Source: Antedon mediterranea (taxonomy: Eukaryota > Animalia > Echinodermata). From it: a DNA stretch of 64,000 nt. The notes beneath the pieces are model-generated. The model was given only the letters and a program-made list of their open reading frames with translations. It was not told where the DNA came from and did no database searches. Numbering within the stretch: the first letter of the stretch is position 1; each line of letters begins with the position of its first letter. The DNA is taken from contig NC_092671.1 of the NCBI RefSeq assembly GCF_964355755.1, positions 8,246,001 to 8,310,000 of the forward strand. Reading direction: 5' to 3'. Both the position numbers and the translations under genes were made by a program. Below are positions 40,559 to 53,292 of this stretch, in pieces.

Positions 40559-40670
40559 GGTTTTTTTGTGATGCGGGTGGTCCTTCATTGTCTGCTGTCT
40601 CAAGATGATGTTTTGGTTTTCTTAAACTGGTTTTTTTGTGATGTGGTTGGTATTTCATTGTCTGCTGTCA
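40559..40670. repeat. Direct duplication of about 41 bp at 70-bp spacing
   Basis: GGTTTTTTTGTGATG.GG.TGGT..TTCATTGTCTGCTGTC occurs twice. Confidence 0.85.
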
Positions 40671-40748
40671 CCTCTACTATAGTTAAACTATGATCTCTAT
40701 GATTCATGCTTATTATGTACTGTTCTTAAAGGGGTTTAGCTTTGTTTG

Positions 40749-41080
40749 ACAACCACCCTAATCATACACTACTACTAATACTACATAATCTTGTACAGTA
40801 CATGTTATAAATTCAGAATGGCAAATAAACAAGTCACCACTGGACACAGCATGAAAAGGACATGTGCGATGAATCATACGCATTGTGGGCTGATGGGGGC
40901 ATTTGGTTTGCTTAACAACCTTCCCAACACCACCCTACTAAACACTACAGAATCTTGTATCTATTGTAATGTTATAGATTTGTTGCAAATAAACAATCCA
41001 CAAGTTACCGCTCAGCACAGCATGATCTTCCACAGCTACTTATAAACTTGAAACGGATAAGTGCGATACACACGCACTAT
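40749..41080. repeat. Old degenerate tandem duplication
   Basis: AATCTTGTA, GCAAATAAACAA, CACAGCATGA and GTGCGAT recur in the same order. Confidence 0.6.
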
Positions 41081-41924
41081 CCCAACGGAGGTATTACGCT
41101 ATCAATGAAAACATATGAACTGTTGAACTAGGCCTAGGCCCTTGTCTCCTGTGGGGGGAACCATAGCTTGCTCCCTGGCACAAGGGACTGCTGTAAGACA
41201 GACAGCTGTAGTCAGACCTGTTGCCAGGAAAGTCTAATCGCCCCATTAACCGTAATATCTTCATGTGCATATGTATCATCTAGATTTCATAAAGTTGATT
41301 ATGATTAAGGACAAGAATTAAATATTGTGATTCATAATGTGCTAAATAAATATTTTTTTAAGTGAAGCTTTTTATGGCTGTTATGATTGACAGCATGGCC
41401 ATCAACATTATGTACAATACAATAAAGAACAAAGATGAAACTCAAATTCACCTATTATATCTTGAAAAAGTTCTACATCTGTGTAATAGAAAAACGTAAA
41501 CATCAAAGAAATATGTCACAGTTTACACAAGTTAGTGGAATTGTGTAAGCATGGGGAACATTCCACAAGGTTAAATACACTATTGAGAATTTAAACTAAA
41601 AAACGACAATACCTGTCGCAATTGATTAACTTAACTAACAAAACCAAATGACTGTTATGTCTGGTACATTTGTGAAAACTCTGGAGGAAGAAATACAATT
41701 TGTATACTGGAAAAAGATAAAGAGAGATTTTAAAGACTGTTTTGGGGAAGACTATGCTCTCTACTGTATGCAGAGTTAATTTTGTCAGAATTGTTTAAGT
41801 TTCTTTTACCTAAGAAGACTGGGAAAAAAACCTCAGACTGAAAAAAAAGACAACTGAATTCAGGAGAAGTGAAGGAAGTCAAGTCACTTTGGTGGGCACG
41901 TACCAGATTTGAGTGAATAACTAA

Positions 41925-42927
41925 GGGTATGTTCAGACCTACGGAGTTATGCTTTCGTATCACAGCCAAGGTCATATTTTAATGAGCGTCGTAAGAGCAA
42001 AGTGTTCAGATTCATTGCAACGAAGTTGCGTTACAAACGAATATGATGTCACTCGCTGGCGATTAACCAAACTCTAACGCACGCATAGACCTACCTTCGT
42101 TGTTATTAAAAGTAGGCCTAGTAGTGGTTGGTTTTGGAGTTACAGGCCTAGACCGAACACTTGGGCTCGGCATTATCGATTGGTTGTCAGGCATACCAAC
42201 CAGCCGATCGTTTTGGGGTTTGGGTTTATATTTGGTCTATGACCTAAAATATCATTTATGGCAGAAAAATGTTCAAATCCCATACTTGCACCGCGGCTCC
42301 AGATTTATTTACTCGGTCTTTCGCCGCTTTATACGACGACCCCTTCAATTTCGTTTGGATATTAAATCCTTCTTTATGAGGATGGCCCATCTGCTAAACG
42401 TGTCCGCCATGTCGTTGAACACAGACATCTTGTTGCCGGTGCTTTTACGCCAGTTTTTCACTTCCAACCGATCTCTGAACTCAGGGCTTCCCCACAATGA
42501 AATAAGGTATTTTACTTCGGTTTCTCGCCAATGCGCACGCTTCGATGACATTTTAAAATAATTAATATAATAATATTAATAATAATAATACTGTATAGTG
42601 TAAAAACAAAAGGTATGATTTTTTTCGCACGTTCACCGATCACAACAAATAGATCAGCTTGGCTATACGATGAGGAGCGCATGTCACGATGTGATGTGGC
42701 GAATATTGTAATTTGATTGGCTAGATATCTAACCTAGGTCATATTCATCGATGCGTGACTTTCGTATTGTAAGCGACGTCCACTAAACTCATACCTTGAG
42801 CTTTCGTAGCGTACGAAATATCAGTGTCGTACGAGGTGGCTTCCACTAATCTTTTCCTGGTTCAGACCTATGGACTTGTACGCCGCGTACAATACGAAAC
42901 CATAACTCCGTAGGTCTGAACAGGCCC
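41925..42927. mobile_element. PIF/Harbinger deletion derivative (about 1.0 kb)
   Basis: About 35-bp TIRs GGG..TGTTCAGACCTACGGAGTTATG.TTTCGTAT; TAA TSD at 41922-41924 and 42928-42930; carries a Myb/SANT remnant. Confidence 0.92.
42200..42551 (-). pseudogene. Frameshifted Myb/SANT (trihelix-type) DNA-binding ORF of Harbinger
   Basis: MSSKRAHWRETEVKYLISLW...VFNDMA, continuing after frameshifts as IQTKLK..YKAAKDRVNKSG and FEHFSAINDILGHRP, which is the usual trihelix pattern. Confidence 0.85.
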
Positions 42928-43635
42928 TAAGCCTAAATATGATATTCAATATTGTTGTCATTCATCCTCAAAGATCTAATTAACCAAACAACTGGCAGAC
43001 AAAGACAATAACAGATAGGTCATGTATAGACGTATTCAACGAACTGACTTCAAGTATCTAAGCACTTAAAAAGATTAAATATTTATATTCTTTGAAAAGT
43101 AACATACTTCAGAATGCCAACAATTCATATCCTCACAGCTGGACTCTAGACGTATATTTATCTTGCGACAACATTATGGAGGATGATGATATATAAGTAT
43201 GTCAATAGATAGTAAATTTAAAACCATAACAGTTAGTAAAAAATGTACTTAGACCTACATTAAAAAAAAATTCAGATATCTGTCACTGTATATTCTGTTA
43301 CTGTATCATTTAGCTAAGACAAGATTTTTTTGGCGACTGAAAATAAAAAACCTTAACAGTTTTCTTTGAATTGAATACAGTTTTTTTGGAAAATTAATTA
43401 CTACACTGTTCTTCCTATAAAGAAAGAAGAGTGGAATCTCAAATTGTGTAGAGATTTTGAGAGTAACATATTCTCAGGAATGTTTCCTAATCCTATTGGT
43501 TATTACTAACTGCATACAGTATACGCAGTCCTAAAAATGGTTGGTTTAATTCCACGGACTACAAACTAATCATTAATGCATATAAATACTATAAACCGTA
43601 TATCTAATTTAAACAAAATGCTAGGGATGAATAGG

Positions 43636-44426
43636 GGTCTACCCCGGTTTACTAATTCATGAATCAACAAGAAAGCATTAGCAGCATTGACATGACCCTT
43701 AGTGGAGACGGAGAAGGATGTAGTTGAAAAGTGTAAGATCCAAGTCCATAGCTCAATGAGAAATGATCGTTAGAAAGGTGCTACACAAAAGGACATCATC
43801 CTCATAAATGGAGCCTAAATACTTCCTGACCGGTCTACTCCGATTTACTAATTCATGAACCAACAAGAAAGCATTAGCAGCATTGACATGACCCTTAGTG
43901 GAGACGGAGAAGGATGTAGTTGAAAAGTGTAAGATCTAAGTCCATAGCTCAATGAGAAATGATCGTTAGAAAGGCTCTAAACAAATGGACATCATCCTCA
44001 TAAATGGAGCCTAAATACTTCCTGACCGGTCTACCTTGGTTTACTAATTCATGAACCAACAAGAAAGCATTAGCAGCATTGACATGACCCTTAGTGGAGA
44101 CGGAGAAGGATGTAGTTGAGAAGTGTAAGATCTAAGTCCATAGCTCAATGAGAAATGATCGTTAGAAAGGCTCTAAACAAATGGACATTATCATCTTCAT
44201 AAATGGAGCCTAAATACTTCCTGACCGGTCTACCTTGGTTTACTAATTCATGAACCAACAAGCATTAGCAGCATTGACATGACCCTTAGTGGAGACGGAG
44301 AAGGATGTAGTTGAAAAGTGTAAGATCTAAGTCCATAGCTCAATGAGAAATGATTGTTAGAAAGGCTCTAAACAAATGGACATTATCATCCTCATAAATG
44401 GAGCCTAAATACTGTACTTACTGACC
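43636..44426. repeat. Tandem repeat, 4 x about 196 bp, high identity
   Basis: GCAGCATTGACATGACCCTTAGTGGAGACGGAG at 43681, 43877, 44073 and 44268. Confidence 0.97.
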
Positions 44427-46068
44427 TAGCGAAACTTGTGTCGAAAAACAGAAAATAATAACCTGACAAAAAGAATTAAAATACACTATATATTTGGAGT
44501 CAACCTTGACCTAGGTACAACACAATGCTATATTCATTTTTTAAACAAGATCTATCATCACGAATAAAATCATTGGACAGTCATGACTAATGCAAATTAA
44601 TTTGATGAATGATTTACTACAGTTACAACTTTTACTAAATTTCTTTAAGACTCTTTGCTTATGTTAAATACAAATCAGAATATATGATGAATAAATGAAT
44701 ATAGTTTCATCAGGGAGTTACAACTCCCTGGTTTCATGGTAGATAAAAGATACATACAGATACATATTTCAGTACCAAATATTTTTTTCCCCATTTTTGC
44801 TTTTATGGGTCTTGGGACCTGGGTGTGGTTAGAAGGTGTAACTGCCAAGAGCTTCATTGAATGATAACGATTGGCTACAGGAATATAATAGAAATGGAAT
44901 CTTCATAATAAAATCACCATTATCTATTTTATAAGCGCATTATAAAAATGGCACACAACCTACACTTTTAAGGTTTTAATTATAAAAATAACCCAAAACA
45001 TAATCATTAAATGCCAATGACCAGAATGATCTAAATACAATGTTTTTGTTACACAAAGTGACTATGTTCATAATTTAATCAGTTTTAACACTGATTGACT
45101 TGTAAAACAATGCAACCTGCTGTTAATAAGTATTACAACATAAAAAAAAAAACATTTACTCATATCCCTAAACGGCGGTACATTCAAGACACTTTCTCAT
45201 GCCAGCATCTTCATATTTTAACCAATAGAGGGCATTGTTTGATATATAAGAGCATTTATAATCTTGATTAGTTTTCCACCAGACCAAAGAATAACTTCCA
45301 ATTTACAAAATACCCTGCAAAAAGGTTGTTTTATATCAAAAAAATGTCCCTAAATATTAAGTCATATGCCTAACATTATATGATGATTATGATGATGATC
45401 TATGATCAAAATGAAATTAATATACCTCCTTATTGGCAAGCTGTACCCTCTATTATATGACATTTTTTAATATATAATTTACATAGTATAATTGGCACAA
45501 TTTGATTTAGATCAACCTCAGCCCTAATAGTGATGATGACAGATATTGACAGATAGGTTAATTCATAACATATTCCAGCAAAATTGGTTTTAAATTTCAA
45601 GGAAACATTTATTACCTATATAACAGAAAAAAAAAACTTTCATTAATACTATAGTTTGACAGTTTATGAGATGTCATTGGTTTTTTTTTTTTTACTGAAG
45701 CGATGATAGGATGTACTGGTGATGGTGCTGGAGTTTGGAGATTTTGATTTTGGCTTGTCTCAAATTTAAAATATGCATGCACCTATACTAACACTACTAC
45801 CTACTAGGCCTGTTTATACTATGCACGAAAAAAAAACACGACGATAGATATATATACATTTTCCCTACACAAAACAAAAGTTAAAAAGTTTGTTATTCTA
45901 AAACTAAATGTTAAATGATTTAAACTGTTTTTGATGAAAATAGGGAATTGTAAATAGCATGCAAATATTTGTTTTTACCATAATTAGCTGGTTTACTCAA
46001 AAACTGATTTCCTTAAATAAATATTTATGAATCTATTGGTACTGAAAATGTGATTTAAAACTCAAACT

Positions 46069-46765
46069 AACAAGGCCAACAGCCATTAAGTCGTGTGCTA
46101 CAATGCATAGTGATACCGGACCGACAGACCGACAGACATGTTTAAAAATGTTGAAATGTTTAAAAACATTTATATTTTTTAAATTTACACGTGCGTAGCC
46201 TGTCACTTTTGACGTGCTCGTATAACATAATTTCGAGTTGAAAAGTAAGTCAAGAAAACAGAAATCGGGCAAAAAGAGTGCGCAATAACATTTGACGCGC
46301 AGTGCGCGCGCAAAAATCTGCGCACTCATGGCAATTTTGTAAATGCTTAAAATTGCCTGAAACGTACTCTTATTTCATCGAAAATAAATTTTGAAAATTG
46401 TAAGCGCGGGTAGGCATGCGTTACATGCGCTACGCACGTAATTGTATTGCCATATGATGATTTATGCCCTGAAATTGATGAGTACCAAATTTTATTTAAT
46501 TGTGATTCATGGTTGTGAAGATATGATTATAAACGTGATTTCGTTAAATCGTGCGTAGACCGCGTAATTTTTTATTGCGCACCATGAAAACATAACCACA
46601 TCGATTCCTGGCCATAAGGAATATACTGTGAAAAATTGACTAGATTAAACTGATATCAAGATAAGGTCAGAAAGCGATAAAACGCATAGTGATACCGGAC
46701 CGACAGACAGACAGACCGACCGACCGACATAGTGAACTATAGAGTCGCGTCCACGCGACTAAAAA
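46069..46765 (-). mobile_element. Helentron-associated non-autonomous element (HINE/DINE-1-like)
   Basis: Minus strand starts TTTTTAGTCGCGTGGACGCGACT (hairpin/subTIR), then a GTCG/GTCT microsatellite, and ends CACACGACT...GGCCTTGTT. Confidence 0.8.
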
Positions 46766-47659
46766 TTAACACATAACCTCAAGAAAATGGTGACAATATC
46801 ATTTACAAGACAAGTCTACCGCCCTCAATAATAGATAATGTGCTCATTATTTCATCACCTGAAAATGAATCGCACATTCTACCATGCATTCATTTCACAT
46901 TCCCATGATAATTGGAAATCCACAGAGGAACAAAATGATCAAAACTTCTTGGAGACCTTACACTATACAGAGACTCTTGTCAATCAGCTTTTTGGTTGTA
47001 ATCTTAGCTGTAACTACAACAAGATGAAGAGACTACTCTTATAGATAAACATCAGTTCTCAAATAGGGACTAGTAACGTGGCCAATGTTGCTTATCTTTA
47101 CTATATCCATCTTGGCAATTGCGATGAAAGACTATTGTAGGGGTTTCTTGAACAATTTGGAAAATAATCTTAAACATGTGTAACAGGTTTATTGATATTC
47201 TGTCCTTGATAATGTACGGAGGAAGTTGTTACCTAAATTGTACAAAAACTTGTTCCAAAAATCATTCACTTATTTCTACTTATTGAATTTTATTTTTGTC
47301 ATTTTCTTGATAAACTGCAGAACTGTTTCAAAATACCTCACATGAAAAAAATATTTGAACCAATCACCACCTATTAAAAAATGTAGAAACATACGTGTCT
47401 GTGACTGCTATGCTAATTGTATGCAAGTATCTATTGTTCAATAGCAATAGACTAACAGCAACCATGTAACAAATTCTCATACTATCGTGGTGTTGAATAG
47501 AAGGTAAGGCTGACAATTTTTCATCTTTATCGTTGACACAATCATCATGTTGATTATCACGGAACTAGTTGGTGTGGTGGCAGTATTCACAGCTGGTTTT
47601 GGGTTTAGTTTTGGTTGTTTGGATTTATTTCTTTATTTTATTTTTTTAATTGCGCTGAT

Positions 47660-48308
47660 AAAAAAAATCTTTAAATTTAAAATAAAAACAGAAATTGAAG
47701 ACGATTATATTATTCCTGGCAGTATTTTTGTACAATGTATGGTTTGGCCTTTTGGTAGTAAAATGCACTACTGTATAATATGGTTATCGTATATAGAACA
47801 ATTCTGAACAACAATCCTCAAAATAATAAAGACATAAAAAAAAATCTTTAAATTTAAAATAAAAACAGAAATTGAAGACGATTATATTATTCCTGGCAGT
47901 ATTTTTGTACAATGTATGGTTTGGCCTTTTGGTAGTAAAATGCACTACTGTATAATGTGGTTATCGTATATAGAACAATTCTGAACAACAATCCTCAAAA
48001 TAATAAAGACATAAAAAAAAATCTTTAAATTTAAAATAAAAACAGAAATTGAAGACAATTATATTATTCCTAATGTGGTTATCGTATATAGAACAATTCT
48101 AAACAACAATCCTCAAAATAATAAAGACATAAAAAAAAATCTTTAAATTTAAAATAAAAACAGAAATTGAAGACGATTATATTATTCCTGGCAGTATTTT
48201 TGTACAATGTATGGTTTGGCCTTTTGGTAGTAAAATGCACTACTGTATAATATGGTTACCGTATATAGAACAATTCTGAACCACAATCCTCAAAATAATG
48301 AAGACATA
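47660..48308. repeat. Tandem repeat, 4 units of 177 bp; the third has a deletion of about 59 bp
   Basis: TCTTTAAATTTAAAATAAAAACAG at 47668, 47845, 48022 and 48140. Confidence 0.97.
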
Positions 48309-51300
48309 AGAACTAAAACAAAATGATTACATTTCTTTTCCCGATTAGCATCAATGCTTCTCATGGGGATTCCCTTCATTGGACATTAGTTTCTTGAACC
48401 TATGCCAATCTTCGAGGTCCTTGTTTTCACTATTCTGCTCTATATGTCGATCAAAACCAGTTTGCTATTACACAAGAGGATAATACAATAATAACCTTTC
48501 TAAATCTAAACTTTGGATTTCCAAAATGTGTTATAAAATAGATGTTCATCATTAGAAAACGAGACCTCTAACAATTAGAGACATTGAATAAGATATTTTG
48601 ATATCACTAGACAACTTGTCCATGTCTTTACACGCAACTGCCAATCACATACGCATCAAAGTCAACACGTGTGTGCACGTTGTTCAGTTCAACGTCTTTT
48701 TTAGAACAAGTTGTTGAGTTTTAGAAGCTGTGAACTTTCAATATTATTAAATTAAGCAAACTTGAGAAAACTAACACAATTTTTGTTCCTCTTTTATGCT
48801 TTCTATTTTATAAACTTGTGAAACTAATTTAAAAGCAAGGCTAACCTGGCGCCCCAGGTCCACTGGCATAAGTAAAAATAAAAGTGTCCGTCAAATATCG
48901 TTTTACGCAGGTTTCTATTATCCAGGACTATTAGGACAGTAAAAGGGGTGCAGTTCAGATCCACAACTTCCCTAATAAATTTAACATAAAAAATTAATCC
49001 AATTTGATTTATTTACTTCTACCAAGACCAACAAAATCATCACATTCCATCAGCCTATCAAAGCTTAGGATCTAATAGGAAAACGTTGAATTATGTATCC
49101 ACCATAATTAATGTATTAAATAATATAAATAAGTACTGGCAAGCACATACAGTAGTTCATAGTTACTGTACTATGATATTAATTAAAGAAACTTAGAAGT
49201 ACTTAAAAGCATGATCAATCTAATATGCTGACAATTTCAACTTGAAGCATTAATTCAGTGAGAATGCAAGAATTAACAAGAAAAACTGAATTGTGTATTA
49301 GAATATGCCCTTGACCCTTCCCTGTCTCATCAATTAGCAAGTAAATAATTAATACAGCTCGCCAGCAGATCAGGACTAAGTAATATTTAAGTATCTACAC
49401 ATCATTAATCATTAACATATCCTATATTGAAGGTTGGCATTTTACTTTAGTTTTGTTCTGCATAAACAATTTTCGCACTACCCCTTTCCCATCTCCCCCT
49501 CCCCCCAGAGAGCAACCAGCCTACGTCTCAGTACATCAGCACATATTTGAAGTTTATACAATACATAGTTTAAAATATAACAGACCTTGTTATTTTGCAT
49601 AGGTTCCGGTCATGACACGCACGAATGAACACAAAATGAAAGATACTAACAAGAATCATATAACAGGGAGGGACTCTCAAATTTTGATGTTTTAATTTAA
49701 AAGAATTTTGTAAAAACTAAGCGAATAATAATTAGCATATTGAGGAGTTAACGGGCATTTGTAACAGTGCTATGACATATAGGTGTGAAGTACCCATTGG
49801 ATGACTATTGTCAGTGTCACGCATAATTATACTGACAGCGAATCATCGATATAACAGCTCCACGAACAATCAATAAGCCTAGCCTTGTCCAAAGTAATTT
49901 GAATAGCACTGCTGTGACGCGTGTCAACTCAACAGCGGCCAACAGTGGTTGCTGAAGGATTAAGCCGAAAGTTAATGCGAACAAATTAGAAAAAATGATT
50001 TGTCATTGCGTGCAGGAGAAAAAGGTCAGATCGACCCGAACTTCAGATCACAGCACCTGGGGGGAAGAAACTAACACTGTGATTCACGGCTGCTCCAAAC
50101 AAACTAGGAGGGGGAAGGATAAAGTGAAACATATACTACTTCTATTTATATTGTAAGAACAACTTTTAAGAAATTACATGAACATAAATTTTGTTGTCAA
50201 AAAGTAAAGCCGAGCTTAAATTTGTGGTCAGAGGGCATGTTATAGAGGATGCAATTAAACCTTGTTTAATGAAAAAACACTTCTATTGACTCATGAAACA
50301 TGCAATTAAAACACCTAAATATTATACTTTTAAATGACTATAATACTATACATCTTATCATTTGCAATGACATGTAATTTTCAAATTTAATTTGATTTAT
50401 CCTATTTATAAACGCACAATAAATGCACATGTTGTAGTGTATTTTCCTCGTTTAAACTAAAATTGTAATAAATATTTTTAAATAAAATTGCAGGAGACAT
50501 TAAGGTGTGATGAGAAACAAAGCTTTACTTGATAAAAGCGAACAACATAAAATGTAAATTGTTAAAATAAAATAAATTTCAATGATACTTTTAGAAAATT
50601 TTAAAGTTCGTTTTTCTACCTAAATTCTATAAAATTAAAAATGACAATTAATTCGTCTATCAACAAATACTAATTTTGTTAAATCAACAAATGAGTTTGC
50701 AACTCCTACAGGAATAGTTCAATAAATATATTAATCATAATATATTTTATACAATGACCTCAATTTTTAATTAGTTACTTCAACTGACCTAATTATTGAA
50801 AAAAAATAGCAAAATTAACAGTGACTTTGCATCTTGTTATTTCAATGGTCTTCAAGATTTTATCAATTAAATAATTTTAATCTAAAAAAATATTGTTTAA
50901 ATACTTTGAAAAGTGATTTTGCAAAATATATAGAAAGATAATTAGTGTATGCACATCACCTATTTTGCATACTATCAATATTTTAATCATGTATGAACTC
51001 CTGGATACATGCAAAACTTGTATTAAAAGTTTAGTTCATATTGTAAAAAAAAATTCCTGTTATTCATCTATACATGACTATCCTAAAGTATGTTTTTGTT
51101 TCAGCACATTATCTTTCCTATCATACATTACAATGTCACATGCATAATTAATTAAGCTCATTTGCATACATGTCAAATCTTTATGTAACTTTTTTATATT
51201 ATCAAATCATGTATAATAAATAAAACTGTAGCTAAAGAAATTGACCTGTTCTTTGTTTTTGCTCGCAATCTTAAATATGCAAATCATGCATAACATGTAC

Positions 51301-52767
51301 AATTAATTAAGTTAATTTGCATACATGCCACCTGGGAAAGGTAATTACAACATGCCACCTTGTGGCAGATACATGTTACAATGCCTATGAGATTTTATTT
51401 CATTATTAGAACAACAATTAACAGGTTATGTGTGAAATGTTATATCCTTATCAAAGTCCGACTTCCTAGACTCATGTCGCAGCATCTACGGAACGCATTG
51501 TACGTTTTTCACATAATTAACATGATGTATGGCAGGTTAGGTAATGCTATTAAAGAATATCATTTCATGTAATTCATGGTCTATAGTATTGGCTATTAAT
51601 AATCAATACCAAATTAAGTTTAAATTTGCTTTGCGTAAAATAATAGATGACGTTTAGTTGTTTTTGGAAAAATGTTTTGCCCAAATCTGATGTAATTTGT
51701 ACCAAAGACTCGATATATTTGAGAATACTTCAGAAAAATGTGTTGCTGTTTTCAGGTGGGACTCAAACCCACCCAAGCAGTCATCTGAAAGACTTAGCTT
51801 TAGAGAAAACTCTCAGCCTAAACAACATTAAGTACCCGCTTTCGAGTAATACAGCATACACATTAAATCTATATTTTACAACAAATATTAAAATACTGTA
51901 CAATATATTAATTGTATAATGAAGTTTTGATGTATGACACAAAACCTAATTAAGTATACATCCTGTAGAGACTTCAAATTCTCACCTCTTCAGTAAATGA
52001 AACAATTGAAAATTAGTACTAATTTCAAAGCGGGAAATCATTTCATGATGCTAATGTACTTTTGTGTAACTCACATGTACTTTACGAAACAAGCAGATTC
52101 CTCAACCTTGATTTTTAACATTAAATAAAATTCTTTAAGAGAAAATGGAATTGAGGAAATTTATGAGACAATCCTAAAGGATTCGTTTGTTTATTTATAC
52201 ATATCGTCATATTATTTATTTCAACATAAAAAGTGTGAAAAATGTTAGAGTTGAGATTATCGGGTGTAGGTCAAGGTTAAAAAATCATGTAACCTAAAAA
52301 TCATGAATCTCAATGGGCTAAAAAATGTTTTCACTTTCTTTTTATTTATTATAGTATAATATGACTAAGCTTTAAGTCCCTTTCTGAAATTCCATTACAA
52401 ACAAAATATCAACTAACGTGCTACTTGCTGCAGAAATTGCCAAATACACATTTCAATGGTACGTACTTATGACATATTTGGCGGGTCCATACATAAGTGG
52501 CATATTAAAATAGTTCCTACATTTCTCTTAACACTCTTTCACACAACTTAACGAAATTGAAGAAATCCAAGTGCGAGCGGTCACATCATTACGACTAGTT
52601 GAGGATATCTATACTGTGTATGCGACACTATTAAAAGTTTAAAGATGAATTGTGAGCGATTATGTTCACATCCAACCAATCGCAACTGGATGTAGTTACC
52701 CTATCCTTACCACATGCATAATGCAGTATCTTTTCAGTTACGGAAAACTTTAAATTTGTTCATTCTT

Positions 52768-52850
52768 AAGCTTGGACGGAACACAAGGACGTGGACGGAA
52801 CGCAAGGACGTACACGCAACGCAAGTTGACCACTGACAAGCAACAGTTTA
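52768..52850. mobile_element. MITE family B fragment
   Basis: AACGCAAGGACGTACACGCAACGCAAG...TGACAAGC. Confidence 0.7.
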
Positions 52851-53292
52851 AAAAATCCATTGAATTTTGGTCAAATCCCTTACATTACATAATTGTAGCA
52901 TTAAAGATGATAAAACTTTTGAATATGAACTCACTATACCCTGGCAAATACGTTATTAATCTTGTTAAGTCTATGTAAAATGTTGACCTGAAAATAAACC
53001 ATACTCTAGTCTGCCACATTATAAAATTCAATCTCACTAAAAATCATTAAATTTCCTCTTTGGTAATTTAGTTTGGCTGTTTTAAATTTAATCCTGTTTA
53101 TATAATGAATCCACAGTGATGACATTCCCTTAATCAACAACCTACAACATGAGATAGTTGCGTTTAACCCAGTCAAAACCTAATCTGTTTATTATCAGCC
53201 GTGTTTGTTGCTATGGCGATTTGTTAATTTCACACCTTAAACTGCTAGATAAGGTTGAATCTAGTCGATACATTAACACCTATTTAAGTTAA

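Noticed and set aside
42100-42561. 153-aa + strand ORF
   Set aside because: Antisense shadow of the Harbinger Myb/SANT remnant.
43636-44426. Possible CRISPR or snoRNA array
   Set aside because: Units are contiguous near-identical copies with no unique spacers; no D box on the host strand; eukaryotic context.
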